IMG/VR virus record: IMGVR_UViG_3300014488_000003
Coordinates: 1 to 58,128 of that record
Origin: a virus
Direction: 5' to 3' (one strand)
DNA: 58,128 nt
Under the pieces are notes generated by a model. That model saw only the letters and a program-made list of their open reading frames with translations. It made no database searches and was not told where the DNA came from. Below are positions 42,626 through 50,462 of the stretch, piece by piece. The stretch's first letter is position 1, and every line of letters begins with the position of its first letter. Made by a program: the position numbers and the translations under genes.

Positions 42626-43045
42626 GTGGCTCTGGGTATATCAACAGCAGTCAGGAATGCCTTGGCCGATGCATTCACGGCACGGGTGGATGCGGGCGCT
42701 GGTGCCGGAGTGCTCGAAGTACGCACGGGCGGCAAACCGGCTAGCCCCAATGACGCTGCGACTGGAACGTTGTTGGCTAGCTTTACGCTGGCTGATCCTG
42801 CCTACGCTGCTGCTGCCAACGGCGTAGCAGCGCTGGACGCTACGCCTGTCTTAACTACCACAGGTCTGGCTGCCGGTACGGCAGGCTGGTTCAGGGTGAA
42901 GGACTCCGCTGGCAACACGGTAGGGGACGGTACGGCTGGCGGCTCAGGCTCCGGGGCGGACATGATATGGGACAACCCGGTGATAGCAGTAGGCCAGACG
43001 CTTAACATCACTGCAGGGTCTGTGACTCAGCCGGTTGGCGGCTGA
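42626..43045 (+). CDS. hypothetical structural protein
   Basis: GTG start. Ala/Gly-rich, 139 aa, in the tail block. Confidence 0.6.
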   Translation: MALGISTAVRNALADAFTARVDAGAGAGVLEVRTGGKPASPNDAATGTLLASFTLADPAYAAAANGVAALDATPVLTTTGLAAGTAGWFRVKDSAGNTVGDGTAGGSGSGADMIWDNPVIAVGQTLNITAGSVTQPVGG

Positions 43046-43065
43046 CATGAAGGGGGTGTGCTGAT

Positions 43066-44118
43066 ATGGCTATTCAGAAATTCTCCTTCGGCGCACCTGC
43101 TGACCTCGATGAGGCTGATGGAGTCCAGCAGCACGTGTTGGGCTGCAGGTTCTTTTGTGATGTGGCTGCCCCTATCGTCGGTGGCGAGTGGTACCGGCCA
43201 ACGAATAACCCGACCAATACGCTGACCATGTGCCTATTCCGTCAATCAGATCAGGCCCTGTTGCGATCCAAGACTTTTACAGCCCCGGTCACTGGCCTGA
43301 CACAGGTGATGTTCGATACCCCTTTTGATGGCCTGGCAGGCGTCCACTATGTGATCGCAGTCTTGACGAATCGTTACGTGTTCACTTCCCCCGGCGGGTG
43401 GCCCTTCACCACAACGAACCTCACGGCTCCGGCTCAGGTAGCAAGCGCCAACGTCAATGGCTGCTTTGCCCTGAACACGGGAGGCGCGCTTACCTACCCC
43501 GCGACGGTCCCAGCCGGAACGACCAACTACCATGTCAGCCCGCTTGTTGACGTCTCCACCGTTAACAACGCGACGGTTCACCTATCACTGCCCGCCCTCT
43601 CCGGAGCGTTCACCGCACAGTCTCCGGCTGGCGCTTCGCTTCATGTCGGCCTTCCTGGCTTGACTGCGGGGCTGTCGGGCACAGAAGGCATCATTGCCGA
43701 GAACCTGAGGGACTTCGTCTGGAAGGCGCTGCGGGGAGATCCCGGACTGAATGCTTTGGGGATCGATGAGAGTTCGCTCTTTGGCACGCTGGCCCCTGAC
43801 TCTCCTGCAGCCAATCTCCAGAAATGGATGGTAATCCGCTGGGGGATTGAGGAAGCGCGCCTGGGGCGGGATACTGATGTGAGGCGACGATTCCTCAGCG
43901 TTTGGGCCTATGACCGGAATCGGGACTTCAATGATGTAGACCTTATGCTGCAGCGAGCGAGGGCAGTTCTCTTTCCCCTCGCTGCCGTTGAGTACAACAC
44001 CAGTGGAGGGTATATCTCTGAGGTTACTGACAATGGCCTCTCGGATGATACATGGGATGACGCCTACGGGGCGGTAACCCGGAACTGGCAACTAACCATC
44101 ACTGCAAGTGGATTGTGA
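43066..44118 (+). CDS. hypothetical structural protein (350 aa)
   Basis: ATG after GAAGGGGG. Lies between the connector genes and the major tail gene. Confidence 0.65.
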   Translation: MAIQKFSFGAPADLDEADGVQQHVLGCRFFCDVAAPIVGGEWYRPTNNPTNTLTMCLFRQSDQALLRSKTFTAPVTGLTQVMFDTPFDGLAGVHYVIAVLTNRYVFTSPGGWPFTTTNLTAPAQVASANVNGCFALNTGGALTYPATVPAGTTNYHVSPLVDVSTVNNATVHLSLPALSGAFTAQSPAGASLHVGLPGLTAGLSGTEGIIAENLRDFVWKALRGDPGLNALGIDESSLFGTLAPDSPAANLQKWMVIRWGIEEARLGRDTDVRRRFLSVWAYDRNRDFNDVDLMLQRARAVLFPLAAVEYNTSGGYISEVTDNGLSDDTWDDAYGAVTRNWQLTITASGL

Positions 44119-44127
44119 GGAGGAGAC

Positions 44128-44478
44128 ATGGCGAAGCGTGTGAGCGTTCCGGCTGGCGCCGAGGACGAACCGCGTGAGACAGCGACTCAGGACGAGGTAC
44201 CGGTTGGCGCGAACGTCGAAGAGGCCAGCGTGCCCGAGGTGCAGGAAGCGCGGCGGGAGCCCGTGGAATGGGTCGTGTACAAGGACGCGCAGCAGTTCGA
44301 GGAGCGCGTTCTGAGCACGAACGACTGGGCGAGGGTCGGCGTGACCGACGCTCCGACGGTGCGATGGGATGCTAGCAACAAGCACCGTGTACGGAAGTCC
44401 GACTTGGACTTTCTGGATGAGGAGCAGTTCCGGCGCTTCATCCTCGATGACCCCCGCTTTGAGGTCGTGGCGGAGTAG
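44128..44478 (+). CDS. hypothetical protein (116 aa)
   Basis: ATG after GAGGAGGAG. Confidence 0.65.
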   Translation: MAKRVSVPAGAEDEPRETATQDEVPVGANVEEASVPEVQEARREPVEWVVYKDAQQFEERVLSTNDWARVGVTDAPTVRWDASNKHRVRKSDLDFLDEEQFRRFILDDPRFEVVAE

Positions 44479-44481
44479 GCG

Positions 44482-44718
44482 ATGGAACTCAGGTGTGATA
44501 ACAAGAAGTTCGCTGAGCTGGCTGATGATGGCTACATCGAGGTCAAGTGCTCATCGAGGTTCTGTGGTGCCGCACCTGGGGTCGTCGTCCTGCACAGATT
44601 CGATCCGTTGACGGGTGAACTGATAACCACCAAGAGGTTCCGTGATCCGGTACCTGTAGAAACTGAGGAGGTGCAAGGTGCCACTCAACACCATCCCGTT
44701 GCCCTTCGGTCTGCGTGA
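44482..44718 (+). CDS. Mu Com-like small zinc-finger-related protein (degenerate)
   Basis: ELRCDNKKFAELADDGYIEVKCSSRFCG resembles the Com pattern RC..C.k.L....g.iEikC.rC. Overlaps the start of the major tail gene by 41 nt. Confidence 0.5.
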   Translation: MELRCDNKKFAELADDGYIEVKCSSRFCGAAPGVVVLHRFDPLTGELITTKRFRDPVPVETEEVQGATQHHPVALRSA

Positions 44719-45244
44719 GATCAAGGTCATCCCGTATACCGACGCGGCAGCGACAACGCTGGGCTCGCCGGTCAAGCTGCCCAACGCCCGGACACTGAGC
44801 TTCGCGGAGGCCGAGGAATTCGAAGACCTACGCGGCGACGATGCGCTTGTCGCGTCGCATGGCTCCGGGGCGAACGTCGAATGGGAGCTTGAGTCGGGCG
44901 GCGTGTCGTTCGAAGCGGTGGCCGTTATGTACGGCGGCATCGTCGCTACGACCGGCGTGACCCCCAACCAGATCAAGAGCCTGAAGAAGTACGTCGGCAC
45001 CACCTACGCGCAGAGCGAGCGCCCATACTTCAAGATCATGGGCCGCTCGATCTCGGACAGCGGTGGCGACTTCTGGTGCGTCATCTACCGCGCGAAGGCG
45101 ACCGACAACCTGGAGGGCGAGATGTCTGACGGGACATTCTTCCTCACCGGCGCGTCTGGTCTCGGCTACAAGAGCAACGAGGCTTCCAGCCTGAACTTGG
45201 TCTGGGAGTGGATCCAGAACGAAACCGCGACTGCGCTCCCGTAA
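44678..45244 (+). CDS. major tail protein
   Basis: GTG after GAGGAGGTG. 188 aa, upstream of the chaperone and tape measure genes. Confidence 0.75.
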   Translation: MPLNTIPLPFGLREIKVIPYTDAAATTLGSPVKLPNARTLSFAEAEEFEDLRGDDALVASHGSGANVEWELESGGVSFEAVAVMYGGIVATTGVTPNQIKSLKKYVGTTYAQSERPYFKIMGRSISDSGGDFWCVIYRAKATDNLEGEMSDGTFFLTGASGLGYKSNEASSLNLVWEWIQNETATALP

Positions 45245-45257
45245 GGAGGGTTGAACA

Positions 45258-45617
45258 ATGGCTACTCTTACCAACATCAACACGCCGGTCGTCGGCCCGT
45301 CGGCAGCGCCGCTTACCCACGCTATCGCGGCAGCCGGAGATCAGTTCGCTGCCGAGCACGGAGCCGTGTACGTCCTCCGTTTCACGAACGCGTCTGCCAC
45401 GCCCGGCAACGTGGTGCTTGACGATCCGGTCAGTGTGAATCCCGGGTCGGCAACGCAATTCAACCCGGACGTCACTGTGTCAGTTCCGGCTGGCCAGACG
45501 CGAGAAATCCGGGTGGACGCGAACCGGTTCCGCAACTCATCCGGCAACATCGTCTGGACCTACAGCGCTGACATGACAAACGCTGGAAGTCTGGTGCAGA
45601 TCAACAAGATTCAGTAA
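45258..45617 (+). CDS. tail-module small beta-rich protein (119 aa), paralog of 39185..39544
   Basis: Shared motif and identical length with the 39185 product. Confidence 0.7.
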   Translation: MATLTNINTPVVGPSAAPLTHAIAAAGDQFAAEHGAVYVLRFTNASATPGNVVLDDPVSVNPGSATQFNPDVTVSVPAGQTREIRVDANRFRNSSGNIVWTYSADMTNAGSLVQINKIQ

Positions 45618-45643
45618 GACCCAACTACCCAAGGAGCACTAGG

Positions 45644-46207
45644 ATGCCGGGTACACCAAGGAAACAACAGCCCGCGAAGAAAGCTGCCCCCGCGAAGGCC
45701 ACAGCCAAGCCTGCGCCTGCCGCCGCGAGCAAGGCCGGGTATGGGATCGGGCTCGCAAACAAGCCGATGGAGCTGCCGCTGCCCAGCGGGGCTGTCTGCC
45801 TCGCTATCCGTCCCGGGGCACAGGGCCTGATCAAACTCGGCCTGCTCGATTCACTGGACCAGCTGACGGGGATGGTGCAGCGCGAGCAGATTGACTCCAA
45901 AGACCCCAAGAAGCAGATGCAGGCGGCCGTGAACTCGATCGCGGCCGACCCAAAGCAGCTGATTGAGGGTTTGGAGATGGTGGACAAGGCTATCGCCCAT
46001 ATCGTCAAGGAGCCGAGGATACACCTTGACGAATATGAGGAAGATGGCGTGACGGCGAAGCCGCGCGACTCGGAGAAGGTCTACGCGGACGAGGTGGACC
46101 TGGAAGACAAGATGTTCATCTTCCAGTGGGCTGTTGGAGGGACAGCCGATTTGGCCACCTTTCGTCAAGAGTCCACAGAACTTATGGGCAACATTCCAGC
46201 TAGCTAA
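45644..46207 (+). CDS. tail assembly chaperone (G-like)
   Basis: Immediately upstream of the tape measure gene. Overlapping downstream ORF in another frame. Confidence 0.8.
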   Translation: MPGTPRKQQPAKKAAPAKATAKPAPAAASKAGYGIGLANKPMELPLPSGAVCLAIRPGAQGLIKLGLLDSLDQLTGMVQREQIDSKDPKKQMQAAVNSIAADPKQLIEGLEMVDKAIAHIVKEPRIHLDEYEEDGVTAKPRDSEKVYADEVDLEDKMFIFQWAVGGTADLATFRQESTELMGNIPAS

Positions 46208-46418
46208 GACCTACAGGTGCCGCCCGAGTGATCTTCTCGGCATCACGGAGCAGCCAGCGGCCTACTACCTCGATCGGGCGGTCGCGGTGTTCGGGATACA
46301 CCTGGAGAACGAACTGGAGAAGGCGGAGCAGAAAGGCAAGTCCGCCCGATCTAAGCAGATGAAGAAGAACATGGTTCTTCAGCAGTATCTGGGCGCAGGA
46401 GCCTTTGCCAACTCTTAG
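45644..46418 (+). CDS. tail assembly chaperone frameshift product (G-T-like), +1 or -2 shift within 46053-46207
   Basis: ORF 46134..46418 is in the +1 frame relative to 45644 ((46134-45644) mod 3 = 1) and is open from 46053. Candidate slip site ACC_TTT_CGT at 46157-46165. Confidence 0.5.
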
Positions 46419-46431
46419 GAGGTGAACCGAG

Positions 46432-49245
46432 ATGGCCGAGTACAGCTTGGGCACGGCGAAGGGTCGCCTCATCATTGATTATGATGACAAGGGCCTGAAG
46501 ATTGCTGCTGATGACTTCGATCGGGTGGAAGGCAGAGCACGCAAGGCCGGTCAAGGCTTCGAGGAAGCTGGCAATCGGATGGCTGTGGCCGGTGGCATCA
46601 TCGCTGCCGGTCTCGGCCTTGCCGCGAACTCGGCCATCAACTTTGAGAAGCAAGTCTCTGCCATCGGGGCGGTAAGCGGGGCAACTCGTGAAGAGCTGGA
46701 GCTGCTGCGGAAGAAGGCGCTCCAGATAGGCAAGGACACGGCCTTTGGGGCCACCGAGGCCGCTATGGCCATGGAGGAGCTTGCGAAGTCGGGTATCTCA
46801 GTAACCGACATCCTCTCTGGCGCAGCAGACGCTACGGTGGCCCTAGCGGCTGCCGGTGGGGTTGAGCTACCGGCTGCCGCCGAGCTAGCTGCCGACGCGA
46901 TGAACTCCTTCGAGCTATCCGCGAAGGACATGCCGAAGATTGCCGATCTCATTTCGGGTGCGGCTAACTCATCGTCCATCTCGGTTAACGACTTTGCCAT
47001 ATCCCTCAAGCAGGTTGGCGCGGTGGCCAACCTTGTGGGCCTTAACTTCGAGGATACAGCTACAGCGATCGCCCTCATGGGTAAGGTCGGCATCAAGGGC
47101 TCGGACGCTGGTACCTCGCTGAAGACTATGTTCCTGAACCTGCAGCCGGTTACCAAGCAGCAGATTGCCCTCTTCAAAGAGCTAGGGATCGTTACCGAAA
47201 ACGGCTCCAACAAGTTCTTTGATCAGCAGGGTAACATACGATCGCTCGCCGAGGTCTCGCAGGTCCTCCAAGACGTGACGAAGAACATGACTGCCCAGCA
47301 GCGCTCGCTCGCGCTGGAGACCATCTTCGGATCAGACGCTATCCGTGCGGCAGCAACGTTAACGGATGCCGGAGCAGCGGGCTTCAACAATATGGCTACG
47401 GCCATGGGGAAGGTCACTGCGCAAGAGGTGGCTGCGGCTCGGCTCGACAATACGGCTGGAGCGATCGAGCGGCTGAAGGGGTCTGCCGAGACCGCTGCTA
47501 TTAGCTTCGGCACGCTGCTACTACCGGCAATTGAGAAGGTCGCTGGCTTTTTGGAGCGAGCAGCCGACTTCTTCACGAATCTCAGCGACTCCACTAAGAA
47601 TGTCATTGTAAATGTCGCGCTCGTGACGTCGGGCCTCCTGCTCTTCCTTGCCCTGGCGGTGAAGGTATTCCAGTTTGCCCAAGCTGTACGGACTATGGTC
47701 GCAGCGCTGCATCTAGTCACGGCTGCGACCAAGATCTGGATGGCTGTGACGAAGGCCGCTGCTGTGGTGTGGAGGCTGATCAACCTCGCCTTCGTCGCAT
47801 CACCGATCGGCCTGATCATAACTGCGATACTGGCGCTGATCGTCGGCCTTGTACTGCTGTGGAAGCATTCCGAGACTTTCCGGAAGATAGTCATAGCGGT
47901 CTGGGAGGCGATCAAGAAGGCAGCGCTAGCAGTCGTCAACTGGTTCCGCGAGAAGGCTTTGCCGATCCTGAAGAAGGTGTGGCAGGACATCGTCACAGCC
48001 TTCCAGTTCGCCTGGAAGATCATCAAGTTCGTGCTGGGGCTTGTGATCGGATATGTCCAGTTCTGGATCAAGATAGTCACTGCAGTCTTTAAGTTCCTCG
48101 CCCCGGTTATCAAGTCTGTCTTTGGGCTGATAGTCTCGATCATCAAAACTGCGTGGTCAATCATATCCGCCATCTTCTCCGTCATCGTGGCTGTGGTGAA
48201 GTTCGTCTTCAATCTCTGGTGGACGATCGTCAGCACAGTGTTCAACGCGATCCTCGGGATCGTGAAGGCGGTCTGGGGATTCATTGGGCCCTATATCATC
48301 CAGTCTATCCAATTCTGGTGGGGCTTCATCAAAGGCGTCTGGAGCTGGCTGCAGACCGCTAGCCAGGCTGTGTTTGACTTCCTCAAGGGGATCATCACTT
48401 CTGTCTGGGGATTCATTGGCCCTTACATCATCAAAGCCGCGCAGGCTATCTGGGACTTCCTCAAGAAGGCTTGGGATGGGATCAGCACGGCTACATCAAC
48501 CATTTGGGAAGCGGTCAAGAACTTCTTCATAGGGCTGTGGGACGCGATTGTGGCGCTGTTTACAAGCGCCCGCGATCGGATCGTGGCGATCATCGACGGC
48601 ATCAAGGTGATCGTGGACAAGATCCGGAATTTCTTCAATCAGCTCAAGGCTGCAGCGGACCAGGGTGTGGGCCCGCTCATCGAATTCGTCAAGGGCATCC
48701 CCGGTCGAATCCTTGACGCGATTGGGAATATAGGTTCCTTGCTCTACAACAAGGGCAGGGATCTGGTGCAGGGCCTGATAGACGGCATTCTGGCTATGAT
48801 CGGGAAGCTCAAGGACGCTGCCAAGAAGCTCGTGGACACCGTAGGCCGCTTCCTTCCTGGTTCTCCGGCCGAGGAGGGGCCGCTCAGCGGACAGGGATAT
48901 GTCTTCAAGCGAGGCAAGCGATTCGTGGACGACTTTGCGACCGGAATTCTCAGCGCTGCGAAGCTTGCGCAGAATGCGGCCAGCTCGATGATAGCGGGGG
49001 TCGCTACACAAGTCCCCCTGGGTGGGCAGTCAGGCGTCACCACGGCACAGAATACGATTGCGCCGGTTACGATCCGCAACACGAGCCCGGAGGCCCTTGC
49101 GGCTGAAGCGAACCGCACTAGCAATGTCACGATCCACAACATGAACATCACGGGGGTCTGGGACCTGAGCAACCCCGAGGCTCCGCGCGAATTCGTGGCC
49201 AAGCTCCACGAGCAGCTGGACCGATACGAGAAGGAGCACGCCTGA
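46432..49245 (+). CDS. tape measure protein
   Basis: 937 aa, helical N-terminus, long hydrophobic repeat region (VWGFIGPYII twice). Lies after the chaperones. Confidence 0.95.
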   Translation: MAEYSLGTAKGRLIIDYDDKGLKIAADDFDRVEGRARKAGQGFEEAGNRMAVAGGIIAAGLGLAANSAINFEKQVSAIGAVSGATREELELLRKKALQIGKDTAFGATEAAMAMEELAKSGISVTDILSGAADATVALAAAGGVELPAAAELAADAMNSFELSAKDMPKIADLISGAANSSSISVNDFAISLKQVGAVANLVGLNFEDTATAIALMGKVGIKGSDAGTSLKTMFLNLQPVTKQQIALFKELGIVTENGSNKFFDQQGNIRSLAEVSQVLQDVTKNMTAQQRSLALETIFGSDAIRAAATLTDAGAAGFNNMATAMGKVTAQEVAAARLDNTAGAIERLKGSAETAAISFGTLLLPAIEKVAGFLERAADFFTNLSDSTKNVIVNVALVTSGLLLFLALAVKVFQFAQAVRTMVAALHLVTAATKIWMAVTKAAAVVWRLINLAFVASPIGLIITAILALIVGLVLLWKHSETFRKIVIAVWEAIKKAALAVVNWFREKALPILKKVWQDIVTAFQFAWKIIKFVLGLVIGYVQFWIKIVTAVFKFLAPVIKSVFGLIVSIIKTAWSIISAIFSVIVAVVKFVFNLWWTIVSTVFNAILGIVKAVWGFIGPYIIQSIQFWWGFIKGVWSWLQTASQAVFDFLKGIITSVWGFIGPYIIKAAQAIWDFLKKAWDGISTATSTIWEAVKNFFIGLWDAIVALFTSARDRIVAIIDGIKVIVDKIRNFFNQLKAAADQGVGPLIEFVKGIPGRILDAIGNIGSLLYNKGRDLVQGLIDGILAMIGKLKDAAKKLVDTVGRFLPGSPAEEGPLSGQGYVFKRGKRFVDDFATGILSAAKLAQNAASSMIAGVATQVPLGGQSGVTTAQNTIAPVTIRNTSPEALAAEANRTSNVTIHNMNITGVWDLSNPEAPREFVAKLHEQLDRYEKEHA

Positions 49246-50462
49246 TGGGGTGGGGCATAGCGACAGTCGGACGGCTCCAGCTCTCGGAGCAGTACACGGC
49301 TGCTGAGAATCACAACGCGGGGACGAAAGAGAAGACGCTCAGTCTAGCCGGACAGCACTATACCGGCTGGAAGGGCATCGACTCGGCTGGAGTCCAGCGC
49401 GTTCAGGAAGACGTCGTAGGACTAGCTGACCGGATTGTGCCGGTGATTTTTGAGCATAAGACGGACCAGAATGGCTACTACAAGGTCCATGACGTCAACG
49501 TTACGACTCTTAACTGGTTGAGCCAAGCAGTTATAAGCTTCGAGTGGTCGTTCATTTTACAGAAATTTGGTCCTGACAACACCGTTGATCTGGAGAGCCG
49601 AGTGGGGACGATCGTCCGCTCCAACAGCTTTTCGCTGACGGGCGAGAGGTGGCAGGCTCCGCCCATCGGGCAGTACGGCTACTTCACCGGTACAACGAAC
49701 CCTTCCGGGTCCGTAACGCGCGCTGGGCAGGATGGGAACATCATCGTGTATCGGGGCATCCCCTCGGGCGTAAACCCGCGCTGGGGCTGTGCCGTTGGGT
49801 CGTACGGCGCTGGCAGAGTGCGGCTCCTGACGGGGAGCTTCGAACGCACCGGCACTGCGATACGGGCCACGCCGACCGGGTGGGAGCTGAATAACGGACT
49901 GGTTCAGGTCACTCCGCTCACCTCTGCTGGTATGTTGCGGATCGGCTCCTGGGGCGGGACTGCATGGGAAACCAAGGACTGGCACATTGCACTAGGTGGG
50001 GCCACGACCTCGCTGGGCAACTTCGACCAGATGACCGTGTTGCGGAATGACCTGGAAATGGTCACCATCCGCCTCATCAAGGCTGCCTCCCCCGGGCGGA
50101 CCCTCGTGGACATCACGCTCCGGCGAGGCTCGCGCTTTATCGAGATCTTCGTGCAGACGAACTCAGCCACGACCCTGGGTGCCTACCTTGAGACCACCGA
50201 GGCCGCTACGGACAACACTGCAACAGGCTACGTTGTCGCTACGGGCGACGATGTGGCTGGGAACAGGTTCATAGTAGGCTCAAGCCAGACGGTGGCCTAT
50301 ACGGCCAACCGAGGGCTCTCGAAGGCTGCCGTCACCCAACTGGATATGTACATCGGCTCGGTTGTTGGCGGAGGCAGCGCGGTAGCCGGGGATCAGGCGA
50401 CCCATCTGCGAGACCAGTACATCGGAGCCGTGTCAGAATCGACGATGGTGGTGAAGCGTTGA
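49245..50462 (+). CDS. minor tail protein (distal tail protein-like)
   Basis: TGATG overlap with the tape measure gene (stop and start share one A). 405 aa. Confidence 0.8.
   Translation: MGWGIATVGRLQLSEQYTAAENHNAGTKEKTLSLAGQHYTGWKGIDSAGVQRVQEDVVGLADRIVPVIFEHKTDQNGYYKVHDVNVTTLNWLSQAVISFEWSFILQKFGPDNTVDLESRVGTIVRSNSFSLTGERWQAPPIGQYGYFTGTTNPSGSVTRAGQDGNIIVYRGIPSGVNPRWGCAVGSYGAGRVRLLTGSFERTGTAIRATPTGWELNNGLVQVTPLTSAGMLRIGSWGGTAWETKDWHIALGGATTSLGNFDQMTVLRNDLEMVTIRLIKAASPGRTLVDITLRRGSRFIEIFVQTNSATTLGAYLETTEAATDNTATGYVVATGDDVAGNRFIVGSSQTVAYTANRGLSKAAVTQLDMYIGSVVGGGSAVAGDQATHLRDQYIGAVSESTMVVKR

Noticed and set aside
46100-46207. Canonical -1 slippery heptamer for the tail chaperone frameshift
   Set aside because: Frame arithmetic places the downstream ORF at +1, not -1. 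No XXXYYYZ heptamer leads into the open frame.
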